A stretch of 58,041 bases of DNA from an uncultured Ureaplasma sp. Its GTDB lineage: Bacteria; Bacillota_I; Bacilli_A; Mycoplasmatales; Mycoplasmoidaceae. The stretch's first letter is position 1. Each line of letters starts with the position of its first letter. Positions 1 to 9,666 of this stretch are shown here, piece after piece. The position numbers and the translations under genes were made by a program. The notes beneath the pieces were generated by a model. It saw nothing but the letters and a program-made list of their open reading frames with translations. It did no database searches and was not told the DNA's origin. The stretch spans positions 1-58,041 of the forward strand of contig CADAXN010000001.1 of the NCBI GenBank assembly GCA_902791895.1, read 5' to 3'.

Positions 1-177
1 AAAAATAAAAATAACTTTTGTTTTCTCTTGTTTAGTATTCATAAGTACTTTACTATATAGATTATAAAGATAAATTAACAAATGGCAAAGATAAATTAAT
101 TTAATTTATTCAAAATCGTGAAATTAACAATTTTTATATTAAAAACAGTCAATAAACTAAATTAAAAATTTGCGTTA

Positions 178-1956
178 TTATTTAAAGTAAGAATTTACTT
201 TACTAATGATTAGGTTTTCTTTACCCCGAATTGATTTAACATCATGTTCAAAAATAACTACTACTTGATCCAAATATTTATAAATAGCTTTAATTCTTGA
301 ACTTGCCATATATTCGTTTTTGTTTTCAATAATGCAATCACACATTGATTTATTATTTAACCAAGATAATGTTAAGTATTCGTTTTCTAGCTGATGAAAT
401 TCAAGATAATAAACAGGTACAATTACAACTTTTCCTTGAAAATATTTGGTTACATTTTCTACTTTATTTACATGACTAAATGATTCCATACGCATTAATG
501 TAACTGCATAATTAGGATTAGCATAAAGCACTTTAGTAGAAGGGATAGCATCATAAACTACATTACTTGTTTTAGGGTGAAAGTAATTAGTTGTTGTGGC
601 ATTTGAATTGATAAATTTTTGAATCATACAACCAATAGCGTTATTATTGCTTGCTTTAGATTTTGGGATAATAAATCTTTCTTGTTGAAATAATCCAACA
701 GAGAAAATTGGTGACATGTATTGATACAAGAATTTCATGTTATCATTCATAGCTTTAATGAAGTTATCTCTAATAACTTTAGGATTATAATCTAGGAATG
801 CGTCACCGCTATAAACTAAATTTTTATTAGTTAAATCATTATCTAAGTTAGTGTAAACAAATCGGCCTGTTTTAACTATTTTTAAATTTTCTAAACCATA
901 TTGCTCAATACAATTAACTATTTGTTCTTGAGTAAAAATACTAAAAACTGTATGGAATTGTAAATCATCACTCCTTTCAAATGGTAAAAGAAGATCAAAT
1001 TTAGGGTTTTCCATCTTTTCATATTCTTTATGTTGTTTATAGAACTTATTTACAGCATGCTCGTTTTTTAATGGCGGTAAACTGTTAAAAGTTAAATCTG
1101 GATATGCATTCATCTTATACACGAAGTGTGTATCTTTTTCATAAAATGGCTTTGGTTTATAAATTGTAGCCGTAACAGTTGTGGTATGAGTTCTATAACC
1201 ACCTTGGCCATCTGATGTTGTGTAAGTAACAATAGTTGAACCAGTATATGGTACATCACGCATTTCCATACACTTACGTGTTAAGTACATGAATGGGTGA
1301 TAATAAACTCCGCCATGAAGCTCACAATATAATGACTCATTTTTGTTTTGGCTTAAAACATCTTCTCAGATACTGTAGTCTTCCTCAGAAATGTGGTTAT
1401 TTATTTTAAAATTTTCGAAAGATTTTTCATATATATCAAAGCAATCTCTTGCTTTAATAGAATTAATAACTTTTTGCATTTCTTTATGCATTGCTGCAAT
1501 ATCAGCTTTATTCTGTTCAAGAATAGGTGTAATATCTGTCTTTTCTATTTGTGCCTGTTTCTTTCATTTAAAATAAAGAACCATAAATACGATAAAAAGA
1601 ATCAAGCCAAGAAATCCCAAACCAATTCCCAAGCAGCCTAATCACAATATTGATATAATTAAAAAACCTAATACTCCAAGAGTAACTCCTAAAGCTAATA
1701 GGACGCCGAAAAAAATAATTCAACATTTTAATCTGCTAAAAAATTTAGGTTTGTTATAAAACTTTTTGTTATAAGCTTCAATTTGTTCATTTTGAATATC
1801 TATCTTTGGAACAAGTTCATCAGCTAATTTCTTATCGTAATTACTATTATCAAAGATTTTATCAATATATTCATTAGTATTTTTGCTTACTGAATCTTTG
1901 ATTTTTTGATTATAAAACTTATAAACATCTAATGAGGTTATCTTTTCATTACTCAT
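178..1956 (-). CDS. Uncharacterised 592-aa membrane protein downstream of lemA (short N-terminal region, two adjacent TM helices, large C-terminal domain)
   Basis: Track ORFs 178..1290 and 1720..1956 share a frame. The stop at 1720..1722 and three further in-frame stops between them are all TGA; I found no TAA or TAG on hand translation. ATG at 1954..1956, TAA at 178..180. Hydrophobic stretch WIIFFGVLLALGVTLGVLGFLIISILWLGCLGIGLGFLGLILFIVFMVLYF. Confidence 0.7.
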
Positions 1957-1987
1957 AAATTTTTATTTTTGATTCGTGATAATTCAA

Positions 1988-2659
1988 CTATTCACTCAAG
2001 AAAGAAGTCATATCTAAGTTAACATCTTTCTTTTGTTCAGCACTTGCTTCAAATAATGGAAGTGTGTGCAATTTCATCATAGCAGCGATGTTTTGATCAG
2101 GGAATACAAATAATTTTTGATTGAATTCCATTACAGATTGGTTGTAAAGTCTACGACTTGCAGCAATTTCTCTTTCATTTAAATCAGCTGCTGACATTAA
2201 CTGCATTACTGAGTCACTAGCACGTAAATTTGGGTAGGCTTCAAAAGCAACATTAACCTTATCAAATCCTTTGTTAATTTTGTCATTAACACTAGATAAA
2301 TTTTCAGGTTTAATGTCACCACTTCTAAGAGATCTTAATTCAGTAACATCTTTTAATAAATCTTTTTCATATTTCATATGAGATTTAGTTAAATCTAGTA
2401 ATTTAATCAAAGTATCTCTTCTTTGTGTTAATTGAACACTAATGTCACTAGTCCTTTTATTGATTTCTTGTTGTTGATTATTGAACCAGTTACGTTTTTT
2501 AACTAAAACAATAGCATAAATACCAATAGTAATGATACACAAAAAAACATTTAAAATGGTAATTCCAACATTTCTTTTAGGTGTATTAATTTGGTTTTGA
2601 ACATTTGGATTAAATCCAGTGTTGTTTTCAGAGGTTTCTACTCTTGTATCCACTAACAT
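1988..2659 (-). CDS. lemA: LemA family membrane protein
   Basis: 223 aa. ATG at 2657..2659 preceded by AAGGAGAAATT; TAG stop at 1988..1990. N-terminal TM helix ITILNVFLCIITIGIYAIVLV, then a LemA-like helical domain (AYPNLRASDSVMQLMSAADLNEREIAASRRLYNQSVMEFNQ). Confidence 0.85.
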   Translation of the reverse strand: MLVDTRVETSENNTGFNPNVQNQINTPKRNVGITILNVFLCIITIGIYAIVLVKKRNWFNNQQQEINKRTSDISVQLTQRRDTLIKLLDLTKSHMKYEKDLLKDVTELRSLRSGDIKPENLSSVNDKINKGFDKVNVAFEAYPNLRASDSVMQLMSAADLNEREIAASRRLYNQSVMEFNQKLFVFPDQNIAAMMKLHTLPLFEASAEQKKDVNLDMTSFLSE

Positions 2660-2720
2660 AATTTCTCCTTAATGTATATCCAATATTATTATATATTTTT
2701 GCAAAAGCAACTATTAATAG

Positions 2721-2999
2721 CTAATTAAAAATTTTAATTCTTTCGGCAATTAAGTCAATTTTTTGATTATCGCAATCAATTCTTCCTTTAACACCAATAA
2801 TTGTTCCAGGTTTTAAAAGACCAATTTCATTTTTGAAAATTTTTTTATTTACTTTTACTGGAACAACTTGATACTCGAGTTGATTAAGTCTGTTTTGACT
2901 AAGCACATTGTCAATTTTCAAATTAATAATGGAAATATAATCATTAATTGTTTTCATTTGAATAGATTCAACTATTCCTACTAAAGACATAAAATTCAT
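2721..2999 (-). CDS. Small 92-aa protein, possibly OB-fold / SSB-like
   Basis: ATG at 2997..2999 preceded by AAGGAGAAAAAA; TAG at 2721..2723. The beta-rich pattern and GTIIGVKGRI segment resemble SSB/PriB-type OB folds, but there is no acidic tail. The functional call is a guess. Confidence 0.45.
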   Translation of the reverse strand: MNFMSLVGIVESIQMKTINDYISIINLKIDNVLSQNRLNQLEYQVVPVKVNKKIFKNEIGLLKPGTIIGVKGRIDCDNQKIDLIAERIKIFN

Positions 3000-3111
3000 A
3001 TTTTTTCTCCTTATTATGTGATGATTTTATAAAATGAATCAGTTGAAATAGTCTTAAAATATCACGGAAATTTTATCGGAAAATTATGAAAAAAGTCCAT
3101 TTTTTTCTAAT

Positions 3112-3119
3112 TGTATAAT
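3112..3119 (+). promoter_or_regulatory. Extended -10 promoter element (TGTATAAT)
   Basis: TGTATAAT lies 26 nt upstream of the ATG at 3146. A GGAAGGAG Shine-Dalgarno sits between them at 3125..3132. Confidence 0.4.
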
Positions 3120-3145
3120 ATACGGGAAGGAGAAAAATTATTAAA

Positions 3146-3649
3146 ATGGAAAACAAAAGAACAAAATCTGCCAAGATAGAATCTTTAGTTAAAAGTAACA
3201 ACACTTGATCTAATGTTTTGTTTTATTCTTTTCTAGCAATTGTAGCATTGGCTATTGTTACAGCGGCATTGGCTGTTGTTGCTGGAAATTCAGGCGACAC
3301 ACAATTAGCAAATGTTGCTGTCACTATAGGTCTAGTACTTGGTATAGTTGAAATTATCTACTTAGTAGCCTTCATAATTGGCTTTATGTTCTACTGTATC
3401 AACTTAGGTAGTCTTAAAAAAGAAGGTATAAGTCGTGGAGCTAGAAACATACTAAGTTCTAACTTAGCTATATGCTTACTATACGTTATTGTAAGCATTG
3501 CATCAATCGTTTTAAGATTTATGAATTTACAACCAAGTAGTGGACCAGCTTATAGTGCTCGCTTAGCTTTCTCGATTATTGCTTTATTTATTCCAATGAT
3601 TTCATTCATCTTGGTAAAAGCTTCAAGAAGAGTAATCATTGTAAAATAA
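3146..3649 (+). CDS. Uncharacterised 167-aa multi-pass membrane protein
   Basis: Track ORF 3218..3649 extends upstream in frame through one TGA to the ATG at 3146 (MENKRTKSAKIESLVKSNNTWSNVLFYSFLA...), which has a strong SD. At least four hydrophobic helices. TAA stop. Confidence 0.7.
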
Positions 3650-3666
3650 TTTTTATAAGTGACACT

Positions 3667-3710
3667 AAAAAATGTAATGGGCACGATGCTCATTACATTT
3701 TTATTTATTT
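3667..3710 (+). terminator. Rho-independent terminator hairpin
   Basis: AAAATGTAATG (3667..3679) pairs with CATTACATTTT (3691..3701) around an 11-nt loop and is followed by a T-rich run. It lies directly after the stop at 3649. Confidence 0.6.
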
Positions 3711-3796
3711 AACCAAAATCTTTAAAGACTTATGTAAGTTTAAAAATTTATATTTTTAATCATTATAAGCCTTTTATAATATAAAATAAAAATATC

Positions 3797-5524
3797 ATGT
3801 CAAAAGAGAATATTATACAAGCTATTGGAGTTAGTGATGGAATTGCCTATGCAAAAGTATATTGCATAAACCAACCGGTTATCGATATCCATTCAAATGA
3901 TAATTGAACACCAAAAAATTTAGCATTGGAAATATTGGATAGTGCAATTGCTAAAACTCAAAAGCAATTGGAAAGAATAAAAGTTTTATCTAAAGAAAAA
4001 TTAGGCGAAGAAAAATCATCAATTTTTGATGCACACATTCAAATAGCTAATGATCCAGAAATGTTAAATCAAATTAAGGAAAAAATGGTCGGAGGAAGAG
4101 TTAATTTAGTTAAAATTATTGACGATGTTTTTGACCAATACCATGAAATGTTTAGAAAGATGGATGACCCATATTTTAAAGAAAGAGCTTCTGATTTAAT
4201 TGATGTTAAAGAAAGAATTCTTTGCAATGTCTTAGACATTGAAATTCCAAATCTATTAGAAATCAAAGCTCCAACCATTTTGATTAGTAACAATTTACAA
4301 CCTAGTAATGTAGCATTGTTAGATCCAAAATTTGTTAAAGGAATTATTAGTGAAGTTGGTGGTAAAACTTCTCACTCTGCAATTATGGCTAGGTCATTTG
4401 AAATTCCTGGAGTATTTGGAGCTAAAAATATTTTAAACAAAGTTAAAAATGGTCAATTTGTTGGTCTAGATGGGAAAGCAGGAATGATTGATTTAAACCC
4501 AGATGAAAAGGTATGGTTAACAAAAATTGAAAAATACAATGAAATGGTAGCTGAATTTGCAAAGTACATTAAATTGGAAACCAAAACATTAGATGGTAAA
4601 AAAATCAAATGTGAAGCAAATATTGGAAATATTTCTGATGCTGATGGTGCTAACAAATATGGATGTGAAGGTGTTGGATTGTATCGTACTGAGTTCTTAT
4701 ACATGGGTAAGAGCAATTGACCAACAGAAGAAGAACAATTTAATGCATATAAAGATGTATTATCTTGTCTAGGTGATCGTTTAGTTGTTATCCGTACACT
4801 TGATATTGGTGGTGACAAGAAATTGCCATATTATATTTTTGAACCTGAAATGAATCCATTCTTAGGTATCCGTGCAATTAGATTTTGTTTAGCACATAAA
4901 GAAATTTTTAGAACACAATTAAGAGCATTAGGTAGAGCAAGTGTTTATGGACGATTAGCAATTATGTTCCCAATGATTGCTAACATTGAAGAATTCAAGA
5001 AAGCGAAAGAATTCACTCTATCAGTATTTGAAGAGTTGAAAAAAGAAGGAATTAAAGTGGCAGATAACATTTTAATCGGTATGATGGTTGAAATTCCAAG
5101 TACCGCTATACTTGCTGATAAATTTGCAGAATATTCTGATTTCTTCTCAATTGGTACAAATGACTTAATCCAATATAGCTTTGCTGCTGATCGTATGTCA
5201 AAGGTTGTTGGATATCTATACCAACCAAATAATCCTGCATTATTAAGATTAATTGGTTTAACAATTAAAGGTGGCCACTCAAAAAATCGTTTTGTGGGAA
5301 TGTGTGGTGAAATGGCTGGCGATATTCAATCAATACCAATATTGATTGGTTTAGGATTGGATGACTTCTCAATGTCTGCTCCAAGCATTCCACAAGCCAG
5401 AAAAATTATTAATTCTTTAAGCGTTAAGGAATGTGAAAAATTAGCTAACAAAGCATTGGAATGTTCTACTGCTGAAGAAGTTAATAAACTTGTTAAACAA
5501 TTCTTAAAACAACATAATTTATAA
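3797..5524 (+). CDS. ptsI: Phosphoenolpyruvate-protein phosphotransferase (PTS enzyme I)
   Basis: Track ORFs 3926..4720 and 4823..5524 share a frame with the ATG at 3797 and are joined through TGA codons. Motifs: [13 protein letters not shown] (phosphohistidine region), [20 protein letters not shown]. 575 aa. Confidence 0.95.
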
Positions 5525-5532
5525 TCATCTCG

Positions 5533-6570
5533 ATGATTTATACAAGAAACAAAACTAAAAAAGTAAAAGTTGGAAGCATTGTTATTGGTGGCAATAATAA
5601 TATTGTTATCCAATCAATGACAAATACTAAAACGAGTAATATTAGGCAAACAGTTAATCAAATTAAATGATTATTTCAATTAGGTTGCCAACTTGTTAGA
5701 GTATCCGTATTAGATATACAAGATGCTGAAAGTTTAGCAAAAATCGTTAAACTATCACCTTGTCCTATAGTAGCAGATATTCATTTTAATGTAAATTTTG
5801 CACTAAAAGCAATTTCAGCAAAAGTTGCAAAAATTAGAATCAATCCAGGTAATTTGAAAGATTTACAAGAATTTGAAAAAATTATTTTGGAAGCAAATAA
5901 AAATAAAGTAGCAATTAGAATTGGTATTAATTCTGGTTCCTTACCAGAAAACATTAAAACCAATTCACAAATAATTAACTTAATTAAAAAATATGTATCT
6001 GTTTGTGAAAAACACAAATTTTCAAATATTGTTTTAAGTGTTAAATCAACGTCAGTGCAACAAACAATAGAATTAAATAAGTTACTTGCTAAAAATTTTA
6101 AGTATCCATTGCACATTGGAGTAACTGAAGCTGGAGATTTACAGACATCTTGTATTCGTTCAACAATTGTTTTAACTGAATTGTTAAAACTTGGAATTGG
6201 TAATACTATTCGAATTTCAATTTCTGGTGATCCGTATGATGAACCAATTGTTGCAAAAACTATTTTGCAAGAAAATGGTTTTAGTGCTAATTTAACAAAG
6301 TTAATCAGTTGTCCAACATGTGGAAGAATGCAAGTAAATTCCACAAAATTACTTCATGTAATCAAACCTTACATTGATTTAAAGCCTAAAAAAATAACTG
6401 TAGCCATTATGGGTTGCTTAGTTAATGGTCTAAATGAAGCAAAAAATGCAGACATTGGTATTTATGGTTTGAAAAATAAATTTGTAATTTACGCAAATCA
6501 TAAAAAAATTGGAACATTCGATTTTACACATGCTTTAAAAACTTTTAAATCTATTTACGACGCTATGTAA
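5533..6570 (+). CDS. ispG: 4-hydroxy-3-methylbut-2-en-1-yl diphosphate synthase (IspG/GcpE)
   Basis: ATG at 5533 is in frame with track ORF 5854..6570 through one TGA. Motifs: VIQSMTNTKT, VADIHFN, RINPGN, CPTCGR, MGCLVNG. 345 aa. It starts 8 nt after the ptsI stop. Confidence 0.9.
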
Positions 6571-6725
6571 AGCGAAGTATAGTTTAAAGTGCCCAATTAA
6601 TTAAACTTAATTCATTATATCTTTCCTTTGCTAAATTGAATCATAAAGTTTCCCGATAAATCTCATTAATTTTTTTAATTTCATTATTTAGTGCATTAAT
6701 TCTATTAATAATAATTACAGTCATA

Positions 6726-6875
6726 ATGGTTTTTGCACCAATTTTAAGTAGTTATGATATGTATGGACTTATAGCTCAATTCGGAATACTATTATTTGGT
6801 GGAATTTCATTCTATATCTTGAGTTATGTGGGATATCGAATTGGAGCAAAAGAATTTAATAAAATCGATTTGTAA
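6726..6875 (+). CDS. Possible small hydrophobic protein (49 aa from the ATG; the open hydrophobic frame reaches back to 6663)
   Basis: Frame open from 6663 (just after an in-frame TAA) to the TAA at 6873..6875. It reads ISLIFLISLFSALILLIIITVIMVFAPILSSYDMYGLIAQFGILLFGGISFYILSYVGYRIGAKEFNKIDL. The only ATG is at 6726. A strong terminator follows. Confidence 0.3.
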   Translation: MVFAPILSSYDMYGLIAQFGILLFGGISFYILSYVGYRIGAKEFNKIDL

Positions 6876-6888
6876 TTAAAAATTAAAT

Positions 6889-6917
6889 AAAAAACGACCA
6901 ACAGCTGGTCGTTTTTA
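6889..6917. terminator. Bidirectional rho-independent terminator between convergent genes
   Basis: Perfect 7-bp stem ACGACCA (6894..6900) / TGGTCGT (6906..6912) with a 5-nt loop. Flanked by an A-run upstream and a T-run downstream, so it can serve both strands. Confidence 0.7.
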
Positions 6918-6939
6918 TCTAAATAGTATAACCTAAAAA

Positions 6940-8934
6940 CTATTTCTTTTTCTTTGAATCTTTTTTAGGTTTTCTTTGAAAAAAGCCTCTTTCTTTAAAA
7001 ACTATTTTAGCTTTCATCCGGTTACGTTTTTTGCTGCTCTTCTTTTTAGGAGATGATTTCTTCTTAAATCTAGGATTTAAACCTTTTTTATTTTTTCAAA
7101 TAGGATAAAGTGTAGTTTTAGTTTCTTTAGGTTCTTCAGGTTCTTCTTGTTTTACAGGCTTTTTAACTTGAGAACTGCCTTTTTTATTTTTTCAAATAGG
7201 ATAAGTAGTGCTAGATTTTTCATTTGCAACTCTATTGATATCAATATATGCAGGAATGTCTTCTATTTGATCAGTAGTAAATGTTGGTTTTGTATTGCTA
7301 GACTCAATAGTTCTCTTTAATTCTGCAATTTCTTCATGAAGTTCAGAAATTTGCTTTGCACTTTCATAATCACCATTAGATTGTGGTTGTTGTGTATTCG
7401 CAACATTTATATAAATAGGAGGTGTGTTATTGTAAACTGGTTGTGGTTGTTGTACATAAGTAGTGCTTGCAACAACAGGTTGACTTTGATCAGTAGTAAT
7501 TGTTGGTTTTGTATCGCTAGACTCAATGGTTTTATTTAATTCTGCAATTTCTTTATGAAATTCAGAAATTTGTTTTGCACATTCATGATCAGCATTAGAT
7601 TGTGGTTGTTGTACATAAGTAGTGCTTGCAACAACAGGTTGATTTTGAACAGTAGGAACTATTTCTTCTTTCTTGTTTTTGTTTAAAGTTTGAATGTAAG
7701 AGTACAACAAGTAAGGTTTTTCATTTTGTTTATTAATGAAGTAACCAGCTAGAACTAAGAAAGCAATAAATCCAGGGATTAAAGTGAATAATGCAATGAT
7801 TATTAGTATTTGACCTATAGACATTGCAGTTGGTAATGGATTGAATATAGTTGGATATCCTAAATCAATTACTATGTAAGCTGCAGAAGCAACAACACCT
7901 AATAAAGAAAGAATTAAATTTTGAGTAAATAAAGCTCTAGTGTTGTAGAAATTGTGTTTTAATGAAGCGATTGTGATTAGTGAGAAGAATAATGACAATG
8001 CTGCAAATCCAGCTAATCCATATGAAACATAGATTAGTATTTGTTTTTCAAATTCTTTTAAACCAATAATTTGAGGAATGCCGAGATCAGATCAGTTAAA
8101 TGATATGAATCAAACTAAGGAAATTGCTATGAATCCCCCTAATGCAATTAAACCAAATAGTTGCGCAAACACAAAGATAGCATTTCATCCTTTAGTTCTT
8201 ACAACTTGGTCTTTATTCATGTATTCAGCTTTCATGAAAGTATTGAAATTCAAAATCTCATATTTTGATTTTCTAGAGTTAGCAGACATCACAATTGCTA
8301 GAGCAAACATAAAGATCAATGAAAGTATGATGATTCCTGCTATTGAAACTTGGATGTATTCGTTGCTAGCAAATATAGCTGTTGATGTAATAAACTTTAA
8401 GAAAGTTAGGACAATTACAGCAGCCGCAGCAAGTATGTTGAAAGCACATACAAAGATTGAATAGTTGCATACAGCATATGCTGATTTTTCTGAAAGACCA
8501 GATTTAGTGTTTTTCAAAAGTTCTATGTTTTTAGATGAGCATAATGTTGCTTTTTTAGCTTTTGATATTAATGGTAGTGCCACTGCTGAACATACCATTA
8601 TTGCAGCAAATGGTACGAACATAGAGAATAATGGGTAATACCAAATGTCCGTTCTTTCTCAATTAGCAGCTTGAGTTCAGAATGTTGCTATATCGTAATA
8701 AACCGCTATCAATACAACGGATATCAATACAACGGAGAATATTACGAAATAGAAGATTGCAATCGCTCTCTCCAATAAGGAAATTCAAGTTCATTCTTTT
8801 TTTGAATGACTAAAAGTGATTGCTGCAGTTTTGTATTTTTTTGTAGTAGGGAATATAGAAATTCCTGTTATTAATGCCAAAAGCCCTAGGGCAATGACAA
8901 GAACATTAGTAAGAAAATTAATCGAAAATGCCAT
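6940..8934 (-). CDS. 664-aa polytopic membrane protein with a repeat-containing, Lys-rich C-terminal domain
   Basis: Track ORFs 7192..7998 and 8185..8622 share a frame. I translated 7999..8184, 8623..8934 and 6940..7191 by hand: all intervening stops are TGA. ATG at 8932..8934 with TAA just upstream; TAG stop at 6940..6942. About 10 hydrophobic helices, then Q/P/T-rich repeats and a KKKSSPKKKSSKKRNR-type tail. Confidence 0.75.
7082..7204. repeat. 27-bp perfect direct repeat, two copies 96 bp apart
   Basis: CCTTTTTTATTTTTTCAAATAGGATAA occurs at 7082..7108 and 7178..7204. On the coding strand each copy encodes YPIWKNKKG, including a TGA Trp codon. Confidence 0.85.
7266..7648. repeat. Imperfect tandem duplication inside the C-terminal domain of the 664-aa membrane protein
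   Basis: A 128-bp unit at 7266..7393 recurs at 7485..7612, with 11 mismatches by my hand alignment. A perfect 43-bp element TTGTGGTTGTTGTACATAAGTAGTGCTTGCAACAACAGGTTGA occurs at 7441..7483 and 7600..7642. The encoded protein repeats are QPVVASTTYVQQPQ... and AKQISE(F/L)H(K/E)EIAEL(N/K)(K/R)TIESS. Confidence 0.85.
8707..8736. repeat. Perfect 15-bp tandem duplication (in frame)
   Basis: TATCAATACAACGGA at 8707..8721 repeats at 8722..8736. It encodes SVVLI-SVVLI within a predicted TM helix. Confidence 0.9.
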
Positions 8935-8952
8935 AATTTATATATTTGTTGT

Positions 8953-8961
8953 ATTATAGCA
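8953..8961 (-). promoter_or_regulatory. Extended -10 promoter element (TGCTATAAT on the minus strand)
   Basis: The reverse complement of 8953..8961 is TGCTATAAT. It lies about 19 nt upstream of the ATG at 8934, with no clear SD between. Confidence 0.4.
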
Positions 8962-8993
8962 CAAAAAAAATAAAAAGTTTAAAAATGTTAAAT

Positions 8994-9665
8994 CTAACGA
9001 ATTAAGTATTTTTGGTGTTTTCTTTTCATTAACCAGGTATATAGGAAACCACCGCCAGTTATGATGCCAGCAATCAACAAGATTCAATAGAATATCGCAT
9101 AAATGGTAATTCATTGCAGAAACCAAATCATCCTGCAGGACTTCCGAAGTTAAAGAAGAAATATGGATATGGCAAATCATTAATGAATGAAATGTTGTTG
9201 TAAAAGCATATTACAACAAAAAATGTGTAGTAAACTGGAGGAATTAAACTATATGGTACATCTTTGGATTTATGTTCAGTTTTAAAGTCAAATCATAAAA
9301 AGTCAAAGATAGCAACTAATGGAACCATGATATGCAACAGTGTATTTGAAATAGAAACAAATGCATTTAGTCCACCTAATGTTGGTACTAACATAAAAGT
9401 GAATGCTATTCCAGTTAAACTAATTGAGACTGTAAATACTAATTTCAATGATCTTGCTGCTGCAGTTATGATTGACCTTTTTTGTGTAAATTCAACAATT
9501 TCAACTATTAAAAAACATAAGATAATAACAATTATTCATGTTACTTTGAATTGTAAAGAACATTAATCCTGTCCATCAATTTGTACTAAATGCTCCACTC
9601 ACTACTGTAAATTGCACAATTAAACCAACTATTCCAGATACTAATAATTGTGACTTTATTAAAAT
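8994..9665 (-). pseudogene. Multi-pass membrane protein gene (FFTIQSN and PYPYFFFN motifs, Pr6Pr/AIG1-like guess) that needs two frame changes to be read
   Basis: The N-terminal part (codon tops = 2 mod 3) reads ILIKSQLLVSGIVGLIVQFTVVSGAFSTNWWTGLMFFTIQSN, then degenerates and hits TAG. The natural hydrophobic continuation is in the next frame from about 9541 to the TAA at 9059..9061: IIVIILCFLIVEIVEFTQKRS...HIMVPLVAIFDFLWFDFKTEHKSKDVPYSLIPPVYYTFFVV...PYPYFFFNFGSPAG. A clean C-terminal helix plus basic tail (MIWFLQWITIYAIFYWILLIAGIITGGGFLYTWLMKRKHQKYLIR) is back in the first frame and ends at TAG 8994..8996. No ATG start. Confidence 0.45.
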
Positions 9666-9666
9666 G

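Noticed and set aside
1-42. Possible 5-prime end of a minus-strand gene (ATG at 40..42, MNTKQEKTKVIFIF) running off the left edge
   Set aside because: Only 14 codons are visible. There is no ribosome-binding site I can defend and nothing to compare against.
4453-4818. 121-aa minus-strand ORF (also 4069..4293) opposite ptsI
   Set aside because: Shadow ORFs opposite a conserved PTS enzyme I frame, with no motifs.
5781-6344. 187-aa minus-strand track ORF inside ispG
   Set aside because: It is fully antisense to a strongly supported ispG reading frame. It has no ribosome-binding site and no recognisable motif. Long shadow ORFs are expected opposite AT-rich coding sequence when TGA is the main stop on that strand.
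8078-8464. 128-aa plus-strand track ORF
   Set aside because: It is antisense to the continuous 664-aa membrane protein frame, which I verified codon by codon across this interval. There is no independent support.
8938-9180. 80-aa track ORF (MICHIHISSLTSEV...)
   Set aside because: Its composition is not protein-like (WHHNWRWFP). The other two frames across the same bases give clean TM-helix sequence belonging to the disrupted membrane gene.
9264-9566. 100-aa plus-strand track ORF
   Set aside because: It is antisense to the middle segment of the disrupted membrane-protein gene, which has a far more convincing hydrophobic periodicity.
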